Part shown: positions 38,427 through 47,868 of the stretch, in pieces
Numbering within the stretch: position 1 is the first letter of the stretch
How the letters are laid out: each line of letters starts with the position of its first letter
Source: an uncultured Acutalibacter sp.
GTDB taxonomy: Bacteria > Bacillota > Clostridia > Oscillospirales > Acutalibacteraceae
Assembly (NCBI GenBank): GCA_964433105.1
Contig: CAYSQF010000002.1
Span: 1-49,216 of the forward strand
DNA: 49,216 nt
Direction of reading: 5' to 3'
Program-made: the position numbers and the translations under genes
The notes under the pieces: model-generated
What the model was told of the DNA's origin: nothing
Databases searched by the model: none
What the model saw: the letters and a program-made list of their open reading frames with translations, nothing else

Positions 38427-39249
38427 CGCTTTCTTCTCCTTCCGTTTTCCCCCGGCACAGCTCCCAAAGCAAAATAGTGGCAGCGGCAGAAGCGTTCAAA
38501 GATTCCGCCCTGCCATTCATGGGGATGGTCACCCGGTCATGGCACAGGCCAATAGTCTCCGCCGTCAGCCCCTTTCCCTCGTTTCCAATGAACACCGCGT
38601 GAAGTCCCCGGGAAAAATCGATCTCCGTCACCCGCTTGGCGGCGGGGTCCGGCACGGCGGCATGGAGGCGGTAGCCGTACCGCTCCAAAAGTCGCTTTAT
38701 CCGCTCCCCAGACGGCTCCACAGACAGTCCTGCCCGGAAAACCGCACCCATCGACGCCCGCAGGACTTTAGGCGACAGCGGATCGCAGCAGTCCCCCAGC
38801 AGGAAGATTCGCCGGACTCCCAAAGCTTCCGCTGTACGGAGCACCGTCCCAAGATTGCCCGGGTCCTGCAGATTCTCCAGCACCAGACAAGATCCTTGGG
38901 GCGCAAAGCCGATCACCCCGGCCTGCAGCGTCCTTGGAAAGCCGCACAGGCAGAATACTCCCTGGGATGTTTTGGTAGAGGAAAGCAAGCTTGCCACAGG
39001 GTCACTGACAAGGTACTGCTCTTTACAGGCAGGCAGCACCGACTCCAGATATTCCCGGTACTTTTCCAAAGCCTGCCCGGTAAAAAAGCAGGCCTGTATG
39101 GAAATGCCCGACAGCGCGGCATCCCGGCATAGCCTGGCCCCCTCACAGAGGAAAAGGCCCTCTTGTCTGCGGGTTTCCGTGCTTTTAGCCAGCGCCGCCG
39201 CTCGACGCACCAGTGGATTTTGCCGGCTTGTAATGCAGGGAAAGTCCAT
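38413..39249 (-). CDS. TrmH/SpoU-family RNA methyltransferase
   Basis: ITSRQNP, LQDPGNLGTVLRTA, RASMG, IGNEGKG and IPMNGRAESLN. Confidence 0.93.
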   Translation of the reverse strand: MDFPCITSRQNPLVRRAAALAKSTETRRQEGLFLCEGARLCRDAALSGISIQACFFTGQALEKYREYLESVLPACKEQYLVSDPVASLLSSTKTSQGVFCLCGFPRTLQAGVIGFAPQGSCLVLENLQDPGNLGTVLRTAEALGVRRIFLLGDCCDPLSPKVLRASMGAVFRAGLSVEPSGERIKRLLERYGYRLHAAVPDPAAKRVTEIDFSRGLHAVFIGNEGKGLTAETIGLCHDRVTIPMNGRAESLNASAAATILLWELCRGKTEGEESDGCR

Positions 39250-39278
39250 GCCGTCATCTCCATTCTCAGATCGTATAG

Positions 39279-39315
39279 AAAAGCGGAACGCCTAAGGCGG
39301 GAGCCTCAGGCGCAA
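39279..39315 (-). terminator. Probable terminator after rplT
   Basis: GCGCCTGAGGC-tccc-GCCTTAGGCGT followed by TCCGCTTTT on the minus strand. Confidence 0.5.
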
Positions 39316-39325
39316 TTTTTACTGC

Positions 39326-39679
39326 TTATAAGGCCGCTTTGGCCTTTTCCACCAGAGTGGCAAACGCTTCGGCATCGGCAATGGCGATTTCGGAAAGCAT
39401 TTTCCTGTTCAGGGTCACGCCAGCCTTTTTCAGCCCATTCATAAAGGTGGAATAATTCACACCGTTCATACGGCAGGCCGCAGAAATCCTGGTGATCCAC
39501 AAACGGCGGAAATCGCGCTTGCGCTGCCGGCGTCCAATGTAAGCGTAGTTGCCGGACTTCATCACCGCCTGTTTTGCCATTTTAAAATGGCGGCTCTTGG
39601 AACCCCAATATCCCTTGGCAAGCTTCAATACCTTTTTTCTTCTTTTGCGCGTCATCATTGCGCCCTTGACTCTGGCCAT
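39326..39679 (-). CDS. rplT: 50S ribosomal protein L20
   Basis: MARVKG...LAKGY.G...[15 protein letters not shown]...[10 protein letters not shown]. Confidence 0.98.
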   Translation of the reverse strand: MARVKGAMMTRKRRKKVLKLAKGYWGSKSRHFKMAKQAVMKSGNYAYIGRRQRKRDFRRLWITRISAACRMNGVNYSTFMNGLKKAGVTLNRKMLSEIAIADAEAFATLVEKAKAAL

Positions 39680-39757
39680 TTATACTCAATCCTTTCTCAT
39701 TTTCGAAATCAGTTTCCCGCAGGCAGGCAGTCCCGCCAGCATATTATGCCGCCCCGA

Positions 39758-39961
39758 TTATTTATAGGGAAGCATCCTCTTTACAGCTGCCACATTCGTC
39801 TTGTCCGCCGTGACAGTGCCCCGGGCATGGCGCTTGGTCTTGGGGGTTTTTCCGTGGCCGTTGCAGAGATGGGACATATACGCGTGACCGCGGATGACCT
39901 TTCCATTCTTGGAAAGCTTGAAGCGCTTTTTTGCGCCACTGTGTGTTTTGAGCTTCGGCAT
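39758..39961 (-). CDS. rpmI: 50S ribosomal protein L35
   Basis: MPKLKTHSGAKKRFK...KRMLPY; ATG 39961 after AAGGAGG. Confidence 0.96.
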   Translation of the reverse strand: MPKLKTHSGAKKRFKLSKNGKVIRGHAYMSHLCNGHGKTPKTKRHARGTVTADKTNVAAVKRMLPYK

Positions 39962-40007
39962 TTTTGCAGTCCTCCTTGAAATTTTTAAGAAATACGGGTA
40001 ATGCAGG

Positions 40008-40526
40008 CTACTTTGCAGGCTTGGGCGCAAGGAACATCAACATGGTACGGCCCTCCAGCTTGGGGGGCTTCTCCACATTTGCCACTTCGGACAGGGCATC
40101 GGCAAACCGAGTCATAATCTCCTGGCCCAGCTCAGGGTGACCCATTTCCCTTCCGCGGAAACGAATGGAAGCCTTCACCTTATTTCCCTCGGAAATAAAG
40201 CGAACGGCGTGGTTTTTCTTCGTCTCAAAATCGTGGGTATCGATATTGAGGGAAAGCCTGACTTCCTTAATCTCAACGACCCTCTGGTTTTTCCGCTGCT
40301 CCTTTTCTCGCTTCGACTGCTCGAACCGGAATTTGCCGTAATCGATGATCTTGCACACCGGAGGCTTTGCCTGGGGCGCGATCTTCACCAGATCCAGATT
40401 TCTTTGCTCCGCCAGATCCAACGCCTGCTTGAGGGGCATAATGCCCAGCTGTGAGCCGTCGGAATCCACCACGCGAAGCTCCTTATCACGGATTTGTTCG
40501 TTGATTTGCAGTTCCTTGTTGCTGAT
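40008..40526 (-). CDS. infC: Translation initiation factor IF-3, non-canonical AUC start
   Basis: ELQINEQIRDK, LDLVKIAP, PPVCKIIDYGKF and FRGRE. GGAGGTG lies 7 nt before an in-frame ATC at 40526. Confidence 0.93.
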   Translation of the reverse strand: MSNKELQINEQIRDKELRVVDSDGSQLGIMPLKQALDLAEQRNLDLVKIAPQAKPPVCKIIDYGKFRFEQSKREKEQRKNQRVVEIKEVRLSLNIDTHDFETKKNHAVRFISEGNKVKASIRFRGREMGHPELGQEIMTRFADALSEVANVEKPPKLEGRTMLMFLAPKPAK

Positions 40527-40596
40527 TGGTAAGCACCTCCATCACAAATTCCTCAAAAGCATACTCCGATGTAAAACCCCGCCCGGATTTTCCCGC

Positions 40597-40830
40597 AAAA
40601 AAACGGGCAGAAACCTCTGCCCGTAATCAACTTCGTGATCCGAAAGCCACCGCACGTCTTACCTTGAAGCGAAGCCCATTCCAGCACTGACACCCCACAG
40701 GGAGCCTTCCATGCGCCGGCAGTTTACGCCGCTTAAAATTCCAAGACACAGCGAACCTTTCGCCGCGATATTGACCTGTGCCGGACAGAACCGCACGGGT
40801 GTGGGCCAAACGGCCCCGCTTTGTTTTACC
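40597..40830 (-). promoter_or_regulatory. L20-type ribosomal protein leader with terminator (expanded)
   Basis: AAGCGGGGCC..GGCCCACACCCGTGC...GCACAGGTCAA (40822-40771) fits the L20-leader AAG..hairpin..CACC..hairpin..GGUYAA pattern; terminator ACGGGCAGA-ggtt-TCTGCCCGT-T tract (40624-40597); upstream of infC-rpmI-rplT. Confidence 0.72.
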
Positions 40831-40836
40831 TGAACA

Positions 40837-40865
40837 ATTATAATACGGCGTTCCTCGGATGTCAA
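40837..40865 (-). promoter_or_regulatory. Sigma-A promoter of the infC operon
   Basis: Perfect TTGACA (40865-40860), 17 nt spacer, TATAAT (40842-40837); the -35 overlaps the addA stop. Confidence 0.88.
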
Positions 40866-43800
40866 GCGTTTTTTTGCAGCAGGCTCGAAGTCGGCTTTTC
40901 ATAGGGCTTTTGCATCTCCCGGTTTAAGAAGGTGGAATATAAAATCGTCTCCGCCACCTCTTGGCCGGTGACCTCCTCCATTGCCGCCGCGTACAACAGG
41001 ACCTGGGGGGCGTAACGATCCCAGAGCTCCTGCACGGCATTGATCCGGTCCGTTTTGAAATCCACAATGTGCAGCTTGCCGTTTTCCACAAACAAGCAAT
41101 CCACCGCACCCTGCAGGACCACGGTTTCCCCGCTGCCGCCGTGACGATCCGGCTCCGCTAGGGACGCGGGGATCATTGCGGTGAACCGCCGTTCCCGTTC
41201 CACATGGGGGGACGCCAGTATTCGCTGGCCCAACGGGCCGTCCAAAAAGGCCCGCACCTTGGAAAGCTCCACCGCTTTCGCCTGTTCCTGAGTAAGATAC
41301 GCATCCGCCACCAGCCGTGCAAGCTCTTTTTCCGGATTCTGGGCGGCAGCTTTGAAATCCGCAAATTCCATAAATTCGTGCAAAGCTATGCCCCGTTCTG
41401 CCGGGGTCATGCCCTTTTCCCCCATCCAGGCGGGCCGGGCCAGGGTTAATTCACGGTTTCCGCCCTGCTCTGCCGCAAGTTTGGATGCCGCCACCTTTGC
41501 CGGAATCCCCAGGGACTTCTCGTAGGGATAGACAAACGCGATCCGCTTTTGCATCCTCCGGTACATGTCCATATCCGGCGGCTCCGGCACTGCACTCTGT
41601 TGCGGCTGCTCCAAGCCTTCCTGCGGCCGATATTCTTCCAGCAGCACCCGCCAGGGTACATAATCCTGACGGAAAACGGGGCAGGAAACCCCCGCTTGTC
41701 TGCGCAGACCTTCCCCGTCCGGATGGCACAGAGCGCAGAGCATCAGCCACTGGGCGGCGTTTTTGGCCCGCCGCACCGTATAGGGGCTGACGCCTTGGTC
41801 CGTCACTTCCAGCGCCAGTTTTTCCAGCGTTTTCTCCATCCGCTCTCCAGAACCCACCAGGATCAGCTTTTCCTTAGCCCGCGTCATGGCCACGTAAAGC
41901 ACCCGCAACTCCTCTGATGCGGATGCTCTGGCGGTTTCCAGCGCAATGGCTTCCCTGGCAGTGGTGGTAAACCGAGCGGACCGCCGGGGATCCTTCAGCT
42001 TCACGCCCAGCCCCAGCTCGGGGTGAAGCAGCACATCCGCCCGCTGATCGGAAACGAAATTTCTGCCACATCCCGCCACAATGCACACAGGAAACTCCAA
42101 CCCCTTTGACTTGTGGATGCTCATGACAGACACAGCGTCCCGGCTGTCCGGCGAAAGCTCTGCCGCCTGCAGATCCGAGCTGTTCCGACGCAGACGATCT
42201 AAAAACCGAACAAATCCGGAAACGCCGTGGAACCCGGAGCTTTCATATTCCCTGGCGTAGCTTTGCAGCAGGCGCAGGTTCTGCACTCTTTCCTCGCCCC
42301 CCTCCATGGAAAGAACCATCTCCGGGTATCCTGTCCTCTCGTACAAAGTCGTAAGAAAAGCATCGGAGGTCATAGCCGCGGCGGTATCCCGGAGCTGCTG
42401 AATCTCCTTCACCGCCTGCCGGCACTGCTCGTCCGTTTCCGCCGCACGCAGAAGGGAAACATACACGGAAACATCCCGGCTGTCTGCCCGCAGCCTGGCA
42501 CAGTCGTCAGCGGTAAAGCCGAACACGGGACTCATCAGCACCGCCAGCAGCGGAATGTCCTGATTTGGGTTGTCGATGACTTGCAAAAACGATAGGACCA
42601 CGCCGGTCTCAGCGGCGGCAAACAGGCTGCCGGCAGCGGTAGCCCGGGCCGGGATGCCCATATTTTGCAGTTCCTGGGCATAGGTGTGGGCGTGCTTGCT
42701 GGCACTGCGGAGCAGGATGCAGAAATCTCCATAAGAAGCAGGCCGTTCCCTGCCATTTTCGCTGACGGTAAACCCTGCTTCCAGCATTTCCTTAATTCGC
42801 TTCCCAATCCATCGCGGCTCCGCTGTCTCCGTCGGGGTGCCGGACGGTCTGGAAAGAAACACAAGCTCCGTTTCACAGCCCTGCTTCTCCGGGTAATCCG
42901 CTCCGCACACCAGCCGCTCTTCCCCGGTATAATCCATATCTCCCGCAGCCTGGGACATCAGTCGGGAAAACACGAAATTCACCGTATCGGTCACTTCCCG
43001 CCGGGATCGAAAATTTCTGTCCAGCACCAGATAGGCCGGATAGCGGTCCTCGTCCCGGTTATATTTTTGAAAAGACCGCCGGCACCGCAGGAAGATTTCC
43101 GGCATGGCACGGCGAAACCCATAAATGCTTTGCTTTACGTCCCCCACCATAAACAGGTTTTCAGAATTTCGGGACACTGCCCGGAACAGGGAATCCTGCA
43201 CCTCGTTGATGTCCTGGTACTCGTCTATCATGATCTCGTCAAACCGGGCGCCCACTTCCAGCGCCGCTTCGGTCCGCTGGCCCTCCGGGGTTAGAAATAG
43301 GCGGATGGCAAAATGCTCCAGATCGCTGTAGTCCAGGCAGTTGCGTTCCCGCTTTTTCGCGTCGTACCGACGGGAAAAATCCAGGGTCAGCTTTACCAGG
43401 CTTTCCACCAGCGGTCCCGCAGCCCGCAGCTCGTCCACACACTGCTCCCGGGTGCCGTACAGGTATTTTGAAAGTTCCTCTGCGGCCCGCTTTGTCTCTT
43501 TCCGCACCGCTTCCAGCCTGGAAAAGAGCTGATCTTTCTCGCTCTCCTTCACCCGTCCCCTGCTGGCTTGGGAATAATTTTGCAGAAGCAGGGCCGCACC
43601 GTCCCAGTCACGCTTACCGGCCAATTCCCGCAAACGGGCAAATTCCCGGCGGTCCTGAGAAAATGCGCTCAAGAAAGCTTCGCCCGTCCCGCCGTTTGCC
43701 GCTTCCGACAAGCCAGCGGCGCACAGGTTTTCACAGTGCTCAGCGGTTTCCACCGCATAGTCCAGGATCACTTTTTCCCACAGGGAAGCGTCCCCTTTTA

Positions 43801-44395
43801 CATACAAATCAGCTTTTTCCTGCACCCACTGCTCCGGAAAGGGATGGGACTGCAAGAACCGGTATAAGGACAGCACCATTTCCATCAGCCGCCGGTCGTC
43901 CCGCTCACCGGTAAAGGCGTCCGCCAGTTCCGAAACCGTCCCCTTTTCAAAGGCATCGGAAAGGGCTTCTTCCAAAGCGGACGCTGTCAGTTCTTCTTCC
44001 TGTTTGTCTGAGGTGATCTTAAAATCTGGGGACAGCTCCAGAAGGTGGAAAAATTCCCGGAGCATTTCGGCGCAAAAACTGTCCACCGTACCGATATGGG
44101 CTTGGGAAAGCAGCAGACTCTGCCGCCGGAGCAAGGGGTTCCCCGGATCCTGGCGAAGCATGTCATATAGCCTCTTTTCCAACCGCGCCCGCATTTCCGC
44201 CGCAGCCGCCTGGGTAAAAGTGACGATCAGCATCCTGTCAGCGCTGGTGGGGGATTCCGGATCCGTCAGCCGCTCAATGGCCCGCTGGACCAGCACCGCC
44301 GTTTTGCCGGAACCGGCGGCGGCGGCCACCAGCACGGTCCCCCGTCTGGCGGAGATCGCATCCCATTGGCTTTTGGTCCATTTCATGTCAGCCAT
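40862..44395 (-). CDS. addA: ATP-dependent helicase/nuclease subunit A
   Basis: AAAGSGKT, TFTQAAA, DEYQD, VGDVKQSIYGFR, NFRS, SIHKSKGLEF, LYVAMTRA and nuclease QGAVD...DFKT...Q..LY. Confidence 0.95.
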   Translation of the reverse strand: MADMKWTKSQWDAISARRGTVLVAAAAGSGKTAVLVQRAIERLTDPESPTSADRMLIVTFTQAAAAEMRARLEKRLYDMLRQDPGNPLLRRQSLLLSQAHIGTVDSFCAEMLREFFHLLELSPDFKITSDKQEEELTASALEEALSDAFEKGTVSELADAFTGERDDRRLMEMVLSLYRFLQSHPFPEQWVQEKADLYVKGDASLWEKVILDYAVETAEHCENLCAAGLSEAANGGTGEAFLSAFSQDRREFARLRELAGKRDWDGAALLLQNYSQASRGRVKESEKDQLFSRLEAVRKETKRAAEELSKYLYGTREQCVDELRAAGPLVESLVKLTLDFSRRYDAKKRERNCLDYSDLEHFAIRLFLTPEGQRTEAALEVGARFDEIMIDEYQDINEVQDSLFRAVSRNSENLFMVGDVKQSIYGFRRAMPEIFLRCRRSFQKYNRDEDRYPAYLVLDRNFRSRREVTDTVNFVFSRLMSQAAGDMDYTGEERLVCGADYPEKQGCETELVFLSRPSGTPTETAEPRWIGKRIKEMLEAGFTVSENGRERPASYGDFCILLRSASKHAHTYAQELQNMGIPARATAAGSLFAAAETGVVLSFLQVIDNPNQDIPLLAVLMSPVFGFTADDCARLRADSRDVSVYVSLLRAAETDEQCRQAVKEIQQLRDTAAAMTSDAFLTTLYERTGYPEMVLSMEGGEERVQNLRLLQSYAREYESSGFHGVSGFVRFLDRLRRNSSDLQAAELSPDSRDAVSVMSIHKSKGLEFPVCIVAGCGRNFVSDQRADVLLHPELGLGVKLKDPRRSARFTTTAREAIALETARASASEELRVLYVAMTRAKEKLILVGSGERMEKTLEKLALEVTDQGVSPYTVRRAKNAAQWLMLCALCHPDGEGLRRQAGVSCPVFRQDYVPWRVLLEEYRPQEGLEQPQQSAVPEPPDMDMYRRMQKRIAFVYPYEKSLGIPAKVAASKLAAEQGGNRELTLARPAWMGEKGMTPAERGIALHEFMEFADFKAAAQNPEKELARLVADAYLTQEQAKAVELSKVRAFLDGPLGQRILASPHVERERRFTAMIPASLAEPDRHGGSGETVVLQGAVDCLFVENGKLHIVDFKTDRINAVQELWDRYAPQVLLYAAAMEEVTGQEVAETILYSTFLNREMQKPYEKPTSSLLQKNA

Positions 44396-47300
44396 CCTGC
44401 TTTTCCTCCTTTCCCTGCTCCGCCAGCCGTGCCATTTTTTCCAGTACCTCGGAGGTATCGGACTTGTCCTGGATCACATCGCGGTCATCATATTCTTTGC
44501 CGCACACTGCCCCGTATGGACAGAATTTGCACGAATTTCCATTGATCATGGCAGGTTTTGCTTCCACAAGGCCCCGTTTCAGCTCCCGGCCCATCGTGGC
44601 AATCAGCCGTTTGGCGTGGTTCATCACCTGACGAAGCTCCTTTTCGCTCAGTACAGAGCTGTGTCTCCCCAGAGAGCCGTCTTTATTGAGGGAAACGGGG
44701 ATAAACCTGCCTTTGGCACCCGCTTCCATGGCCCGGATGATCCCGTCGTTATCCAGCACCAGGCCGCTCATGCGCATTTGTCGATCCGCTTCCTTTTTGA
44801 TCTTTTCCTCGTCCACACCCCGGTCCACTGTAACAGAAGGCTCGGCGGCAGGCATGTATAAAATCCCTGCGGGGATCTCCTGGCCGTTTTCCACCAGGGC
44901 AGCCAGATAGATAAGCATCTGCATATTCAGGCCGTACAGCACATCAGCCAGACGAAACAGCTTTTTCCCGGTCTTGTAGTCGATGACACGCACATACTCC
45001 CGGCCGTCCGGCATGGTAACCACGTCGGCACGGTCGATGGTGCCGCCCACCGTGACTACGCCGCCCTGGCCGTCCTCTATCCGCAGTGGGGGATATTCCC
45101 CGCCGTTTCCCAGACCCAGTTCAAAATATTTTGGCTGGAAGCGGCTTTGCGCCAGCTCTTCCCGGACATGGAGGATCAGTTTGCAGGCGGACTGAGCCAT
45201 CCGATCCAACCTGTACTTTTCCCGGCCGCTCAGCAGAGTAAAACCGCCCATGCTTTCGTCGGCGTATTGCCGGATCAGGCCGCGAACCCGATCCAGCAGT
45301 TCTTCCTCTTTTAGGTCTTGCAGCCCTGTACCCGGTCCCTGACGCAGTATCTTTTCAAACAGGTAGTGCATCAATGTGCCGTATTGCAGCACATCCACCT
45401 CGGCGGGGCGGCGCTCCTTCGCGTGCAGCCCATATCGGCAAAAATATTTGAAAGGGCAGCTGTGGAAGGTTTCAATCTGAGTGGGAGACAAAAACATGTT
45501 CTCCCCAAATAGTTTACGGGCCAAAGCTTTATCCCGCATTTCCACAGGCCGCTGCCCTGCCGCTCGCTCCAGCGCTTCCAGCCTGCCCCGGCACGCTTCG
45601 TCCCCCTCAAACAGCAGACGCAAGGCACCGGACGCACCATCGGTCGAGCGGAACCGGGCGGCCATGCGGGAAAACGCCGCTTCCCTGGAATTGGCAAAGT
45701 ATTCGTCCGGCAGATCCCGCAGGGGCGTCAATGTAGGGAAAATTGCCAACAGAGCCGATACCAGCTCGCTCGGCTCCTTGTCCTCTCCGCCGGCGGTGCG
45801 GGGCCAGCTGACAAACAGCATTTCAGACGGGGCGCAGGCCACAGAATAGGCGAGGTAACGCTCCTCTGCCGCTTTCAGCTCCAAGGGATCACCCAAGGGC
45901 AAGTCCAGGGCTAGCAGTTCCCGGCGCTCTGTGTCGGAAAACACACCGGAGGACCTGGGCGTCAGTGGGAAATCCCCTTGCGCTGCTCCCAGCAGAAAAG
46001 CCGCCTTTGGTGAGGATTGACGAACCTGCTCTGCCGTACCAAAGATCACCTCGTCCACAGTTTGTGGGATTTCGGAAACGTCCTCTTTCTCCACCACTTC
46101 CTTTAGGAGCCGGTAATACCGATCCCGCGACGTTTTTCTGTCCCCCAGGATACTGTGGAGCTGGTCCAAGATCTCCATCATCAAGTCCCACACCCGCAGT
46201 TGCATTGCTGCCAGGCTGTCCTGCCCGGCTTCTTCCAGCGCAAGGCAATAGGCGGGCAGATTTTCCTCCATTCCAAAATCTGTAAGAAGTCGGAACACCG
46301 CCTCGGAGATCTCCGCCCCGGATGCGTCCCGGGTAGCCGCAGAGAACCGTAGCAGAGGGGCCATTAGCTTTTCCCGCAGAAGGTTCAGCCGGGCAAGCTC
46401 CGCTTCGTCCTCAGAGGTCATCCCCTGTCCAAAGCCCCTGGGATGGCGAATGAATTTCTCCCTCCATCCGCTGCCGGAAATCTTCCACAAAAAGGCGTAA
46501 TTTTCCAAGTCGGATATCTCCACGGTCTGAAAGCCGGAAATGCCGGTTTTCAGCATTTCCAGCAGATCGTCGGTGCGGAATCCGGATTCCACCGCTTCAA
46601 AAGCCCCCAGCACAAACCGGGCCACCGGCTGGGCGTCCACCTTAATAGGCTCCGACACAAAGCAGGGCACGTTTCTTTTCCGCAGGGCCACATCCAAGCT
46701 GCCGTAATAGCGCTCGGGGCTGCGGCAGATAATGGAAAAATCCCGGTACCGCCAGCCCTTTTCTTCCACCAAACGACGGATGGTAGCAGCGACAAATTCC
46801 GCTTCTTCGTAAACGTCGCGGGCTTCGAACACCTCCACCCCTTCGTGATCCGGTGAGGCAAGAAGCTCCGCACCGCAGAAAAGCTGGGCTTCCACCAGCT
46901 TTAGGTTTTCATTTTTGAACCGGGGCGCTCCGGTGAGGATTACAGGGCGCCCTACCGAGACGCCTGCTTCCTCCGCCATTCGGACCAGCCGGCGACGGGT
47001 GCGGTCCACCAGGGTGAACAGGCCGGAATCTCCCTGGTCCTGGCCGTCGGTGCAAAGAGAGACCGCCACCGTGTCCGCTTTCCGCAAAATTTGAGTGAGC
47101 ACATCAATCTCCTGAACCGTAAAGCCCTCGAAAGAGTCCACAGCCACAACACTATCCCGGAAAAAATCGCTGGTTTTCAGCGTTTCCGCCAAGCGGGTCA
47201 AGTCATCCCTGGAATCCAGATAGGACGCGGCCACAAGCGCTTCAAACGTCCCGTATAGCAGGGCGATCTCCGACAATTTCTTTCCAAGCCCCCGGTCTCC

Positions 47301-47726
47301 CAGGCGCTGGGCCGTCTCTGAAAGCAGTTCCGGGGTGACGCCGCACATTTTCATTTCGTTGACGGCGGTAAGCATCAGGTCCGTAACCCTGCCGCTTTTG
47401 GCGGCGCTGCGGTACACTTTCAGCTGATCCTCGCAGGCGGACAGCGCCGAGGACATCAAAATGCGTCTGCCGCCATCGCTGAGCCTGCGGCCCGCCGCGC
47501 CCCCTTCCCGGCGGAACACAGCTTCCGCCAGGCGTGTAAAGCTGTACACCTGGATAGCGTTGGCCTTTTCCGGCCCGCAAAGCCGCAGCATGGCTTTTTC
47601 CGTCTCAAAGGAATACTGCTCCGGGACCAGCATCGCAAGGCCTCTGCCCGGATCCTGCCGGGCCAGGAAATTTCGAAGATATTCTGTTTTTCCGCTTCCT
47701 GCCCGGCCCAAAACAAACTGCAGCAA
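44388..47726 (-). CDS. addB: ATP-dependent helicase/nuclease subunit B
   Basis: GRAGSGKT, LVPEQYSF, SPTQIETFHSCPF, GTIDRAD, IDYKTG, QMLIY and C-terminal CKFCPYGAVC Fe-S cysteines; TTG 47726. Confidence 0.93.
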   Translation of the reverse strand: MLQFVLGRAGSGKTEYLRNFLARQDPGRGLAMLVPEQYSFETEKAMLRLCGPEKANAIQVYSFTRLAEAVFRREGGAAGRRLSDGGRRILMSSALSACEDQLKVYRSAAKSGRVTDLMLTAVNEMKMCGVTPELLSETAQRLGDRGLGKKLSEIALLYGTFEALVAASYLDSRDDLTRLAETLKTSDFFRDSVVAVDSFEGFTVQEIDVLTQILRKADTVAVSLCTDGQDQGDSGLFTLVDRTRRRLVRMAEEAGVSVGRPVILTGAPRFKNENLKLVEAQLFCGAELLASPDHEGVEVFEARDVYEEAEFVAATIRRLVEEKGWRYRDFSIICRSPERYYGSLDVALRKRNVPCFVSEPIKVDAQPVARFVLGAFEAVESGFRTDDLLEMLKTGISGFQTVEISDLENYAFLWKISGSGWREKFIRHPRGFGQGMTSEDEAELARLNLLREKLMAPLLRFSAATRDASGAEISEAVFRLLTDFGMEENLPAYCLALEEAGQDSLAAMQLRVWDLMMEILDQLHSILGDRKTSRDRYYRLLKEVVEKEDVSEIPQTVDEVIFGTAEQVRQSSPKAAFLLGAAQGDFPLTPRSSGVFSDTERRELLALDLPLGDPLELKAAEERYLAYSVACAPSEMLFVSWPRTAGGEDKEPSELVSALLAIFPTLTPLRDLPDEYFANSREAAFSRMAARFRSTDGASGALRLLFEGDEACRGRLEALERAAGQRPVEMRDKALARKLFGENMFLSPTQIETFHSCPFKYFCRYGLHAKERRPAEVDVLQYGTLMHYLFEKILRQGPGTGLQDLKEEELLDRVRGLIRQYADESMGGFTLLSGREKYRLDRMAQSACKLILHVREELAQSRFQPKYFELGLGNGGEYPPLRIEDGQGGVVTVGGTIDRADVVTMPDGREYVRVIDYKTGKKLFRLADVLYGLNMQMLIYLAALVENGQEIPAGILYMPAAEPSVTVDRGVDEEKIKKEADRQMRMSGLVLDNDGIIRAMEAGAKGRFIPVSLNKDGSLGRHSSVLSEKELRQVMNHAKRLIATMGRELKRGLVEAKPAMINGNSCKFCPYGAVCGKEYDDRDVIQDKSDTSEVLEKMARLAEQGKEEKQDG

Positions 47727-47807
47727 ATCGACCGACCCTTTCCTTTGCAAAATTTCACGCGTCCCGCTTTTCACATTGTACTACGAAATCCGTCCGGAAA
47801 CAAGCGC

Positions 47808-47849
47808 GCAAAACGCCAAAGCCCGTCCCGGCGGTCCGGGACGGGCTTG
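47808..47849 (-). terminator. Intrinsic terminator after the malY/patB-like gene
   Basis: AAGCCCGTCCCGG-loop-CCGGGACGGGCTT followed by TGGCGTTTT on the minus strand. Confidence 0.75.
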
Positions 47850-47868
47850 CGGAGCAGCCTGATCGGGA

